NCBI GenBank assembly: GCA_024704765.1 | Contig: JAKMXF010000111.1 | Coordinates: 1,499,627 to 1,563,626 of the forward strand | DNA: 64,000 nt | DNA from: Oopsacas minuta | Taxonomy: Eukaryota > Animalia > Porifera | Direction of reading: 5' to 3' | In this document: piece by piece, positions 11,903 to 24,300 of the stretch | Position numbering within the stretch: position 1 is the first letter of the stretch | How the letters are laid out: every line of letters starts with the position of its first letter | Translations under genes and position numbers: made by a program | Notes under the pieces: model-generated | The model's database searches: none | Seen by the model: the letters and a program-made list of their open reading frames with translations, nothing else | What the model was told of the DNA's origin: nothing

Positions 11903-12319
11903 ACAAATATAATACTATCAATAAACTCGTAAGCCATTGGTAAGCAATGCTCCAAAACATATCAAAAATAATATTACTTAATACGATTACTTATAAATCT
12001 GTAAATTGAATAGACTGAAATATATACTATGCAGCTAGATAGTTATTAACTATATTAAAATGTAAACACGTAAACATCGTATGGTACAACGTATATGACC
12101 ATTGTACGAGTACTTCCCTGTATGTGTTTAGGATCCATATGATAGTTCAAATAAGTATTTGACATATTCGGTGATATAAGTATTGAGTAAGTAATCTAAA
12201 ATACAAATAGCGAAAAACATATGATGTGAATAATAAATTATAAATATTAAGAGAAGTGTACTAATAAAGAGGTTGTAGAGGTTATAAGCGATTCTGATTG
12301 CGATAAAAATATAAAATGA

Positions 12320-12832
12320 TTAATGTTGGATACGCTCCTTCTTCAGGTCAGCACCAGAAAATGAATAAGGCAGCAATTCGGTAATAGTAGCAATCTTGTA
12401 CTGTTTGTCAGGTCGTACAATTATAACGTAATATTCTCCAAACTCTAAGATGAACTGTCTACAGGCACCACAGGGAGCAGCGAAGCTATCCACCATATCC
12501 GTGTTGACAGCAATCGCACGGAACTCTCTGTATCCATCACTCACAGCTTTCACATAAGCACATACTTCAGCACACACACACAGCCCATAGCTAGCGTTCT
12601 CTACATTACATCCTCTGTATATCATCCCATCGTTCGTAAGCAGAGAAGCTCCAACTCTAAACTTGCTATAGGGTGAGTAAGAGTTAGATTTAGCTTCGAT
12701 GCATGCCTCAATTAACTCAGGGAGTGCCTTTTCTACGTCAGGAGGTAATTGTATCTCTTTATTAGGTAGCAGGAGGTGTTGATGTGTAGTCGGAACTTTG
12801 ACATCACTGGGGTCATTAGAAGGGATCGACAT
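12320..12832 (-). CDS. CDA: Homotetrameric cytidine deaminase
   Basis: SYSPYSKFRVGA, GCNVENASYGLCVCAE and PCGACRQ zinc-binding motifs. Confidence 0.95.
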   Translation of the reverse strand: MSIPSNDPSDVKVPTTHQHLLLPNKEIQLPPDVEKALPELIEACIEAKSNSYSPYSKFRVGASLLTNDGMIYRGCNVENASYGLCVCAEVCAYVKAVSDGYREFRAIAVNTDMVDSFAAPCGACRQFILEFGEYYVIIVRPDKQYKIATITELLPYSFSGADLKKERIQH

Positions 12833-13400
12833 CAAAGTTACTATAATTTATAAATTAAAAGTATAGTTATAATTATTGTTAGGAATAGTGGAGTCTTACT
12901 CGCACGGACATTCCGTCTTAACATAAAGATTTTCAATATTCGTATTAAAATTAATGCTGTGGTAGGATGATCAAACGAGATTAGTAAGGAAACAGTGCAT
13001 CTACGTTTCAAATAATTGACGAAGGAATGTGTTTGATAAGATTCACTACAACATCCATTATATACCACAAATAATTTCGCTTGCTCACGCTCTGCGGCTT
13101 GGGAACACAGTGTTCGCATGTAACTCTGCTCTTCGTGCCTCGAATTTTATTTACACACGAGTACCTTCAAAGTGCGAAATTCAGAATCAGTGTACTCGAT
13201 TACCCCGAACAACCGTTGAAACCAAGTTTCTAAGTCAGTAAGACTTATTAGAAATTTGTTTAATTTATCTACTAATATTTCTCAAAATACGTAAAACTAC
13301 AAAAAAATATAAATACAAAAATATTATCCAAAATATCATAGCCTATGAAAATGTATAAATTTGTATTCATTATACAACTTACACAAGTATCTCTGTGCAA

Positions 13401-14330
13401 CTATAAGCATGCGGGTGTGGGTAGATCGAATACGATGGGAGGCTGTGAAGGAACACATTTAAGTGTACAGGTAGAAGCATTTATAAATACAGTATTCCCA
13501 TCAGTTGTCTGACCATACCCTTCGTGTATGTGCCCAAATACATGTACTTTAGGTTTAACCCTATTCTGTATAGTAGAGAGTAGCTCTACACAGCCAGCTC
13601 TACCGCCATGATTACACAGATCACCGTGTCCAATTGGAGGTCCATGAGTAATCAGAATATCTACATTATCAGGTATCTTATTCCATTTGTCAAGGAGAGG
13701 CTGACCTCGTTTAAGGTTGAACCCCCAGCTGAAAAACTCTGGTTGCCATGGAGACCCATAAATCTTAAATCCTAACAATTCACATCCAAAATCTTCCAAG
13801 TAGAGACCATTAGAAATGAGAGATTTCATTTCGTTTGAATCTAGCTTAGTTTTATGTGAGAATCTCATCCAAAGTGTTTTAGGATATTCTTCAGTATCTA
13901 GAGATAGGTCGTGATTACCAGCTATCACAACTTTGTATCTGTGTGGAAGAGAACCGAGAAAAGAATTGAATTTAACAACATCTTCTTTATGTCCTATGTT
14001 AGAGAAGTCTCCTGCATGTATCAGTACATCTCCTGATGGCACTTTCAATTTATCCGTATGGGAATGAGTGTCTGATATACACACGAAACGGGTGTAACCA
14101 TCACGAGGTGGGCATAAAGGATCTTTAATCTTCATAACTTCTACCTTCTGTTTCGGTTCCTTTTGTATTTGCAGCCAAGCTTCATCTGGTTTTCCTGTTA
14201 ACTTATTTAGTTTAATCTCAGACGACCCTACTCGTGGAGGAATGATAGTAACATCTTTTGGTACAACTATTTGATAGGGCAGAGATTTGATGAATTCCTG
14301 TGAACCAGCTGCACTACATTTTGCTGCCAT
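13401..14330 (-). CDS. MPPED2: Metallophosphoesterase domain-containing protein (MPPED1/2-like)
   Basis: FVCISDTH, HAGDFSN, IAGNHD, THGPP and FGHIHEG calcineurin-like phosphoesterase motifs; intronless. Confidence 0.92.
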   Translation of the reverse strand: MAAKCSAAGSQEFIKSLPYQIVVPKDVTIIPPRVGSSEIKLNKLTGKPDEAWLQIQKEPKQKVEVMKIKDPLCPPRDGYTRFVCISDTHSHTDKLKVPSGDVLIHAGDFSNIGHKEDVVKFNSFLGSLPHRYKVVIAGNHDLSLDTEEYPKTLWMRFSHKTKLDSNEMKSLISNGLYLEDFGCELLGFKIYGSPWQPEFFSWGFNLKRGQPLLDKWNKIPDNVDILITHGPPIGHGDLCNHGGRAGCVELLSTIQNRVKPKVHVFGHIHEGYGQTTDGNTVFINASTCTLKCVPSQPPIVFDLPTPACL

Positions 14331-14981
14331 TCTTATCAATCTTAAATAATGGTGAAGTAGTATGATGGAGCTGTTGATTCCAAGAATAGCGGAGTAGAAT
14401 AAAGAAAAAAATGAATGTTTGAGATATTTCGAAATATACGGTGAACTAGGCTAAGATTTACCCATGTCACAGTGACTAGTGTTCCCCCATAGTCACTAAG
14501 GGACTATATAGCGATTGGGGGAACATTATCCACTAGGGAATAATTATTTTATAAGCTATACAAGATGTAAATCCGCATGGGGAACTAGCCGAATTTAACC
14601 CATTCCATCATCAAAATTTGTAAATACAGACCTTGATCAAGTTGGACATGCATATATTTGATAAGGAGGCATGTTCGGGTCTATATAGTCTGGGACTTCA
14701 GACAATAATTATATGGGTGAGGCTATTGCCACCGACCGATAACACTCTTATTCAATAATTCAAAAAAACATCCAATCCAACAACTGTACCTCACTCCAAT
14801 ATACCTCAACAATCTGGGGGTGGTACAGAATCAGGACAACACCAAAGAGTGCTGACACAAATGCGAGAAATCTAGCACAGATAGGAATAGTACTTCTAAT
14901 TATATACTATAGGTTAACATTACTACACATAGTATATATCACAATTATCACATACAAGTATAAAAAATAAAATTAATGTTT

Positions 14982-17900
14982 TCATAAATGGAGTTGGTAT
15001 TTAACATCTTTCAACATAGAATCCCAACCTAGATCTTCTAATTCATCATAATGTAAATCCACTGTAATGTCGTTACATACACATTTCCTCAAGGCATCCT
15101 TAGAGCTGGAGTACAGCATTTTGTGCTTTACTGAAGAACTCTCCGGACTCCTATCATAAAGTACGAAATTAAATACTCACCACTAATGTACGTATAAGGC
15201 TATGTAAAGTAATATACAGTCAATGGACAAAAGTATTCGACCACACAAATATATTGTCATAAATTGTATACTCTTTCCCGCTCCTATATATTGTGTAGTC
15301 TATATTCGTAGCTGCTATCTAGTAATTTGCATAGAATAACGTATGTTTTCCGAGTATTTCAAAAAAATATTTTCGATTTACACATTTTGAAGGTGTTAAT
15401 TACTAATAATCATTTGATAATTATTGATAATCAAAATATGTGGTAATTCAAAACCTATTAAGAATCTGTAATTTTTGACTTGATATTTGAATTCTACGTA
15501 GGCGAGTTACCCTAGATTTAAATTTCCAATGAGATTGAACAATTTTTACCAAAGTTATAGAAGAATTTCAATTTGTGCCACTTGAGCCACTTCTTGAAAA
15601 AGTGGCACAGGCGGCAGGAAAAAGCGCCACTATGAGGAAATCAACTAGGGTTAGGAGGAATAAGTCAAAGTAATATTTTCGAATGATATGACTATGCTAA
15701 CCCTTGAATTACAAAATAACCTCTGGGTAACGACCACTTGTGCCACCTTGGGCAAAAGGTGGCACAAATTGAAATCTTCTATAACTTTGGTAAAAATTGT
15801 TCAATCTCATTGGAAATTTAAATCTAGGGTAATTCGCCTACGTAGAATTCAAATATCAGGTCAGAAATTACAGATTCTTAATAGGTTTTGAATTACCACA
15901 TAATTTGATTATCAATAATTATCAAATAATTATTAATAATTAACACCTTCAAAAAGTGTAAATCGAAAATATTTTTTGAAATTCTCGAAAAACATATGTT
16001 ATTCTATGCAAATTACTAGATTGCAGCTACGAATATAGACTACACAATATATAGGAGCGGGAAAGAGTATACAATTTGTGACAATACATTTGTGTGGTCG
16101 AATACTTTTGTCCCCTGACTGTACTTGTTTCTCATCTCCGCCCGTCCCAAATTTGTCCCCGTCCTGAAAGATTTTATTGGTATTTTTTCATGTGCCAAGC
16201 TCTTTAGAATTTCCTAAATCAAGAGAAAATTCGTCTTTCTTGATTGGAAGTGGAGTTTGTCCGATAACCGAAAGTATTTAATACTAACTTGAATGGAGAT
16301 GATTAAAATTACGAACCAAAGTATGAAAATAACTTTTTCTTGAATCCTATCTTCACTCACAAACGCAAAATTGAATACGATATATCTGGGTTCATTCTGT
16401 GAAGAATCTCTCAGATATGAAATTAGTGAAGTTACTCCAGATCTTGTTTTGTTGTTAACCTCAACTCCCTTCTGGGATAACGTGAATTCTATATCAATTA
16501 AACACTCTGGGTACGCATTATTAACACAAGTATTATTTATTGAAAGATAGATATATTCGAAGGAGTATAAATTTGATATAATCTATGATGTTATCCAATT
16601 TGGTGCAGTACTACAATACATATTACAATCCTTACCGCTACTGCCTACCTATAGCTCTATCTTCATTCATAAATTCTGGGACGATATCTTCCGTATGTCC
16701 TCTGTCTACCTTAAACACGATATACCTATACACGCGTTTATTCTTTAGAGCTAGATACACAGCTGTACATTCACTGGAGCATTTTACGCCAGATGTCTAC
16801 AACAAATATATATTAATATGTCAGTCTACAGACCAATCGGAGTCAATCCTCCGCCGTGTCAAGGATATGGAACTATAGACCCCGAACAATTCTTCTAGGC
16901 ATTGACCAGGTGTAAATGATCGCATCAGCCAGATAGCATCATTACAGTGATTACACACCATTTAGTGGCATATACTTCAAACGAACTGAAGTGGTACTAT
17001 TGATAGAGTATGACATACCTGAAAACTTTTATTAATTATATCCCTGGACAGTGGACACAGGACTAGAATTCCAAGAACATTGGATCAGAGTTGCGAACTT
17101 TTTGCGGCCGACTAATTCAATCGTGGGCTGTGGGTCAGGATGCTGGCCGGACTGCGGTTAGAAATTTCCGCCCGCGTGCAACTCTACATTGGATAATTCC
17201 CCTGGACAATTATCTAGAGCAGTCGAACACTAAAAGAGCAGCTGAATACTCGATTGCTACGCTTATTCGAAAAAGTTACTCGCACTTAAAAAAGTATCAG
17301 CAAATATACCGAATTTCAACATGCATCACAAATCCGGCAAAATATCTCACACATTTTAGGGCTATTTAGAGGGAACATTCTGATTTCCTAAAGTGGAAAT
17401 TTTCAACAAATTTCTGACCTCACATTATGGCGCAATATTTATTCGGCAAATAACTTGAAAAGATTGCGCACATAGAGTGGCAAAATACTGAAGTTGTTAC
17501 TGTCCATGACCCCAACTTTAAACGACCATCACTCGGTGTCTTGATCAGATTTGAAGTTACAGGCGCGACCTATATTGTACAAGCAAATTACAAAAATTTT
17601 GAGGTCAACCTTAAACAAATTTTGATTTTTCTTGTAGCTTTATTATTGTAATTTACAGGAAAATATATTCCTAGGCCCAAATGTATGTAGAACTTCTATA
17701 TTTAGCCACTTAAATGTGCCACTTTTGGACACATTTTGAAGATATTAAAATGCTAATAAATAAAATCAGTTTAAATCGAATTATCATGTTAATATTCGTA
17801 ATCGATAAGAGATTTCGCGTCGTTTGAGTAGTCACTCGGAAATATTTGGGAATAATATTCTCTAGCAACGTAGGAAAACTAAAAGTCGTGGCTAATTACA

Positions 17901-19163
17901 GGAAAATACCTCGTTCGGATGATGAATTGTCCAACTATCTCTATTAACTGGGAACTCTGTGCATTATGAAAGAGAAATACAGGTAATTGTTGGACATGAT
18001 TCACCCAAAGTGTACATTTAAGTGGCTAAATATAGAAGTTCTAACATAGATTTGGGCCTAGGACTTGTTTCATGGTAAACTACAAAATTAAAACTACCAG
18101 AAAAATAATATTTTTCTTTTTAATTGCAATTTGTTTAAGGTCAAATCTAAATTCTACTGCACCACTAGGTTCATTAGAAAGCCCTGACAAGTCTATATCT
18201 CCCTGCTATTGGTTTTCCCATAAAAATATTCGTACATAGTGTGAGGTCAGATATTTCAAAAAATATCTGACCTCACACTATTTCCACTGTACAAAATCAA
18301 AATATTCCCTCATAGGCCTAAAATGTGTGAAAATGTTATTGCCAGATTTTAGTGATACATGTTGAAATTCTGTATATTTGCTTCTTCTTTTTTAAGCATC
18401 TTTCTAGTCTGAAATAATCATCTAACCTGAAGTATAATGCGGCATTTTGCATATCAAGGCTCAAGTTGAATATTAGATACGGTAGAACTCTGATAAGACG
18501 TACACCCTCGGGAAACTAAAATTAGTACGTCCTATCCGATTAGCTATTGTATTACAATGAATGGTAACTAATTTTCGGATTCAAGAATAGTAGGTCTCAA
18601 TCGAGTAACCCGAGTAAGTCTTATCCGAGTTCTACTTTACATAAACATGTAAATTCAGGCTTGAGGACAGGTGAATGACTTTAACGGCTACATGACGTCA
18701 AAGTTTAACTCGTCTATAGAGTAGCCGATGGGTCAGGCCCCCCCACCACTGCACTATTTACTCGAATAGGGCCCCAAATTCCTAATTCGGCACTGCTGAA
18801 GGATCATTATGAATAATTCCCAAAAGGTGTGAATGATGAGAATTTGCTAAATATGTGTTTGATGACCCTGTACTCTGCTAAGGGATCAAGTGGATCATCC
18901 AAATAATTATATAAGTCCGATTGGTAGAGTAGAACCCGGATAAGACGTACCCCTTCCGGAAACAAAACCGAGTGACGTCTTATCCGAATAGAGATTGTAT
19001 TAAAATGAATGGAAAATATATTTTATTGCAAGAAGTACGCATTAACAGAGTGTAAGGCTTATAATAGCTCTACTGAATACGTGTATTATAGAGTTCTACT
19101 AAATTGAATTAAATAATAAACTCATATTATTGATATAGAATACAGATACACCTAACTCACCAT
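14982..19163 (-). CDS. ADF/cofilin, 4 coding exons (19163-19161 ATG only, 16796-16649, 16488-16317, 15150-14982), 163 aa; not in the ORF track
   Basis: Manual splicing gives MTSGVKCSSECTAVYLALKNKRVYRYIVFKV...NEPRYIVFNF...KVIFILWSPESSSVKHKMLYSSSKDALRK...*. An intron directly after the ATG is typical of ADF/cofilin genes. Total CDS is 492 nt, in frame. Confidence 0.88.
15217..16121. mobile_element. 905-bp Tc1/mariner-pogo-type foldback MITE with about 365-bp inverted arms, in cofilin intron 3
   Basis: TA|CAGTC...GACTG|TA ends; about 15217-15580 is the inverse complement of about 15760-16121 at high identity. Confidence 0.88.
17380..18290. repeat. Degenerate foldback (long inverted repeat) in cofilin intron 1; limits approximate
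   Basis: CCTAGGCCCAAATGTATGTAGAACTTCTATATTTAGCCACTTAAATGT at about 17670 is inverted at about 18015-18062; TCTGACCTCACA at about 17414 is inverted at about 18240. Confidence 0.6.
18480..18637. mobile_element. Short pogo/Tigger-like MITE family (GTAGAACTCGGATAAGAC ends); other copies about 18928-19075 and 57397-57479, an end at about 27515-27535
   Basis: Terminal inverted GTAGAACTC(T/G)GATAAGAC ... GTCTTATCCGAGTTCTAC, TA-flanked, several dispersed copies in the window. Confidence 0.7.
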
Positions 19164-19432
19164 GTGGAAGTGGATGAGAGATCAGGTCGCCTTCGTAAAG
19201 AAATAGCTAATAATTATTAAACTATCACTTGTATAGCTGTTATTAATGTTAATTATTAATCTAATAAAGTGGCTATTAACACCGACAAGTAGTGAATAAC
19301 AATCCTAATTATATAAAATCACCTAAATTTAGACATCTGTCATCTGTCATCAGTTAACACGTTGGCCAGAGTATTGCAGAGATAAGCACTCCCATATCCT
19401 ACCATCAACAATTATACGTATATAAGATGGCC

Positions 19433-20566
19433 TGTCACACCAAAATTGGTCCAAGAATAGTTATGACAGCTAAAATTGGTTTGTAAATTTGGACCGAGAA
19501 ACAAAATTCCATGCTCCTATTTTTTGTAGCTACATTTTATATCTAGAGTTGTCTGAATTGGTTTTATAGATTAGCGTGAAAGCCGCGTTTTGAGGTTTTT
19601 GAGCGGTTATTTTATTGATTAGCTCTATTTCTAACCACAATTGTTAAGTGTCATTTACTACCTTTAGATTAGTTTGGAGAAATTCATGGGATTAGAGTCA
19701 AATCTAGAAGGGCTTGGTATGATCAATATATTCAATAATTTTGGGGGTCAGGGCCCCAACTTGTTGTGCCATTATCTCTCTACACGTTTTTGGAATTGTT
19801 GATAAAGTTATTTGATGAATTAGCACTATTTCTAAATAGTGTCTAGCTGGCAGACTGGGTGTGCAGCTTAGGCATCTTGGTCATATTTCTACCAAATACA
19901 AATTATTTGTCGTGAATTGGTGAAAATATGATTAATCTAATGATAAATTATGTAGATTGAAAATATCAAAATTGGAATCTACAAACTCAATTACGCTCAC
20001 AAGTGGCTGAAACGAAATATCTGGAATCATGTTGAAACATTTGCAAAACGGTGTGAAAACAGAGGCGTAGCTAGGGTCGCACGAGGATGCAAGGCATATG
20101 TGGGGCATTGCTGCACCTGTAATACATTTCACTTTAAATAGCATACGCAAGGTATGGCCTATGTTTTGGTGGGCACACACAAGGTGTGGTCTGTGTTACA
20201 TATGCAGCTCCTGGCTACGCTTCTGTGTGAAAATATGATTAATCATATGATAAATCTGTGAAATTGTTACTTCAAGCTCTGTAATTCTCAAAATCGGACT
20301 CTACGCATCCAATTACCCCTGGCAACATGTTAGAACCTAATCTCTAGTTTGCTTTTGAAATTTACATAGAAAGGTATGAAAATATGATATATCACCAAAA
20401 GGTGTGAAAAATCAGTTTAGATAATTCCATACTAGAGGTGCAAATCTCCGACACAAAACGTATATGTAAACCATGTAAAAATCTATGCCGGACCTATTTT
20501 GGCTAGGACCGCTAGGTCAGACCATTTTAGGCTGTCAAAATGGTCCCGGACCAATTTTTCCTGACA
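19433..20566. mobile_element. Second non-autonomous TGT...ACA element (Ginger-like), older
   Basis: Imperfect about 48-bp TIR (TGTCA...AAAATTGGTCC...TGACAGC.TAAAAT); 4-bp flanks GGCC / GGTC. Confidence 0.55.
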
Positions 20567-20882
20567 GGTCTCATTCACAAATTTAGATATCGAAAACAAA
20601 AGAAATATAAGGAATTAATCAAGAAAATTGGGATTATTATTGAACCGAGGAACTGGAAAAGGCTATCAATGAGGACCCAGATAAGATACTCTGGAGAATG
20701 AGGTTGATTAAGAATTAGACGATATTTGAGTTTAAGCAGATATATCTACAGGACTAGTACTAAGAGATACATCATGTTAAATTACGTATAATGATACAAA
20801 ATTGAATAGAATAAGTGAACAATAAATTTTAAGTAATATATATTATAAATTTTATACACATATGGTTACATCCAAAGAAATG

Positions 20883-21301
20883 ACATGGATATTATGGGTA
20901 TGGATAGTATGGGTATGGATAGTATGGGTATGGATAGTATGGGTATGGATGTGGATATTATGGGTATGGATATGGATATGGATACTATGGGTATGGATAT
21001 GGATATTATGGGTATGGATATGGATACTATGGGTATGGATATGGATATGGATACTATGGGTATGGATATGGATATTATGGGTATGGATATGGATACTATG
21101 GGTATGGATGTGGATATTATGGGTATGGATATTATGGGTATGGATGTGGATATTATGGGTATGGATATGGATACTATGGGTATGGATATGGATATTATGG
21201 GTATGGATATTATGGGTATGGATGTGGATATTATGGGTATGGATATTATGGGTATGGATGTGGATATTATGGGTATGGATATTATGGGTATGGATATGGA
21301 T
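20883..21301. repeat. Minisatellite of 6/9/15-bp units (ATGGAT, ATGGGT, ATTATG/ACTATG) about 25 bp downstream of the ABCC4 stop
   Basis: Directly visible; explains the MDIMG and WIWILWV ORFs in the track. Confidence 0.95.
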
Positions 21302-21326
21302 AAGGTAAAGAGGAATAATTTCTGAT

Positions 21327-24300
21327 TTAATTAATAGATTTATGGATAGATGAATTGATGATACGATTGTAATTGTGTAGAGCTAGACTTCTTAGGTTAC
21401 ACTGTGTGCATATGTCCATCTGGCCTAACAATCTACTCAGATAACTAGTTTCGTCTTGAAGCATCATATAGGGTATATCTGTCTCTACAACTCTACCCTT
21501 ATCCATTACAACAATTCTGTCAGAGTTTATAATAGTATCAATCCTGTGAGCAATAGTTAGCACAGTACAATCATAGAAGTGACCCCTGATTGCCTGCTGC
21601 ACTAACCAGTCCGTATGCAGATCTACATTAGCAGTTGCTTCATCAATAAGTATGATCTCATTTCTCCTAAGAACAGCTCTGGCTAGACACAACAGCTGAC
21701 GCACCCCTGTAGAAAAGTTATGCCCGTGTTCCTGTACTGGAGACATGAGTTTGTCGCTCAGAGTATCTATCCTACTCTTAAGATAAGATTTGTCAAGCGC
21801 CTCCCAAATCTCCTCACTCGTAAACTCGTCCAGAGGATCCAAGTTCTGTCTGAGGGTGCCGGAGAAGAGGAATGGGTCTTGAGGGATGATGGACAATCTT
21901 TTTCGATGGACAGATATATCAAGAGATGATATGTCTACGTTATCGATAATAATACTCCCAGATGATAACGAGTTTGTTAGGAGAAGGGAGTTTAACAGAG
22001 ATGATTTACCAGCTCCTGTCCTACCGATTATTCCTATCTTCTCTCCAGGATGCACAACCAGAGAAATATCTCTCAAAGTGTATGGAAGATGGTTTGCGTA
22101 TTTAAAGAAAATATTCTTAAACTCGATACACCCAATTGAAACTGGAGAAGATTGAGCAGGAAAATGAGGTGCAGCTCTATCTTCTTGATATAAATTACAA
22201 TATTCCAGTACACGATCTACCGATACCATGAGGATATCTACCTCCCCACTCAGTCTCACAACGTACTGAAATGTAGAGGGTAAAGTAAGGAGCAGTGGTA
22301 TTGAGAAATCTAATAATTCTTCCCAATTTAAGATACAGCGAGCTACGAAAGCAGATAATATCCCGAAAATTGCAAGAAAGGAAGTTAGAATATCCAATCT
22401 TAATCCAAACCATTTCTGACAAGAGGTGTAGTTGTACCAAGCACCCGTGTGCTCATCCTGAAAATGATAGAAATCCTGAATTAGCTTCTTCTCCATTCCA
22501 AGAGCTCGTATAGTAGAGAGACCCTGTAGAGTGAGAGAGATGTGAGAGTAGAGAGGACTGCGACATATGCTCTCCAGGTGTTTCACCTGCGTAGATGTTT
22601 TCAGGTAGAAATATCTTAGAGATAATGTAGTAAAGCATAGAAGCAGGAATGGTACGATCAGTAGCACTTGAATAGCACAACAAGCTATTGCAATTGCAAT
22701 GTTATAAGTACAAGATTGCCAAAAGTCGTAGAATATGATTGGCAATTGTTCGTCCATAAATCCAATATCTTTAGAGAACCTATTGAGAATCCTACCACTA
22801 GGGTTTGTATCAAAGAAATAGACATTCGTATGCATTACAGAGTTAAGCATTTTGTTGTGAAGTCTTCTGCCTGCCTGCAGTACCAGATAATAGAAATTAA
22901 ATCCCTGTAGAAACATAAACACAGATCCAGCAATAGTGAAGAGACTCAACAGCAGTAAAGAAGAGTAGTTCCTGAAATCAAAATACCATGAACAGGTATC
23001 ACTGGTCATATTTGATAGAATTGAGTTATCAGAAAGCTGAGAACATTTAGCGATCGATTGCATCCACCAGTAGGCGAGTAACAGACAGCCATTGCTGAGA
23101 ATGGTGAGAGCTAACAATACGAGAGTTGCTATTACTCCACTAGCCCTGAAATATTTCAAGTAGGTAGCTATACTGTTCGATTGTTTCTGAGAGTTTTCAG
23201 TAAGGATATAGGTAGACAGGGGCTGAGTAGACGCTGTAGTTTCTGTATCTATTGGAATCAGAGGATGTATAGACTCATAGGACTCATTCAACTCCTCAAA
23301 CGAGTAAGTAGAGATCATATCTGTTAAGCGGTCAGTGTTAGACGCTTTGCTGAGTTCATAGTTTCTTTCCTTCTCTAATCCTTGTAAATACTCCTTACAG
23401 AATGTATTATTCTCAATTATGTCAGGATAAACTCCTCTTCCCTCTATCACTCCCTCCCTCATTACAATAATGTAATCAACTTGTCTTACGTAATAGATAT
23501 GATGAGTAACCAGAAGGATCAATTTACTACTCAGAAATCCTCTCATACAATTATTAAACAAATCTTTTCCCACTCGAAAGTCAACAGAACTCAATGGATC
23601 ATCGAACAGGTAAATGTCAGCTTGCTTGTACACAGAACGAGCAAGGGATACTCTGGTCTTCTGTCCACCACTCAAAGTTACGCCTCTCTCCCCAATCAGG
23701 GTGAAATCTCCTTGGGGAAATAACTGAATATCTTCTCTCAAACAACAAGTATCTATAACCTTCTCATACCGCTCTAAGTTGAGAGGATTGCCGAATATAA
23801 TATTATCTCTTAGAGTACCAGAGAATATCCAAGGTTCCTGTGCTGCGTATGAAGGATGGCTAGCTGTGCTCAGATGGCCAGATAGGCCAGGTAGTTCTTT
23901 GATGAGACAGGACAACAGGCTAGACTTACCAGCACTGACTGGACCCGTTATAGCTACCAGCTTGGGAGAATCCAAAGTGAGATTTATAGATTTCAATACC
24001 AATAACTCATCAAGCTGTTCAGTTCCTCTCCAAGAGGCTGAGAAATTGTGTATGTGAATAGAATTTGAATTCTCTGGACAATTGAGGGAATTATTCTGAA
24101 AATTCTCTGGAAACTCTAAAAACTGTTGGATTCTCTTTAAAGCAACTCCACTCTCTCTTCCCGAGAATATAGCATGACCGATAACCAGTACTGTATCGAC
24201 ACGGAGTGTGTTAAGAACCAGGAATGCTAGTCCTATGTTAGAAGGAGTTAACGGATTTTCTACCACTATGCTGACCGTGTAAAGCAGGAAGAGAGCTATG

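Noticed and set aside
20862-21325. WIWILWV and MDIMG ORFs as annotated genes
   Set aside because: They are by-products of a stop-poor minisatellite, with no signal peptide or unique flanking coding sequence; kept only as a speculative finding.
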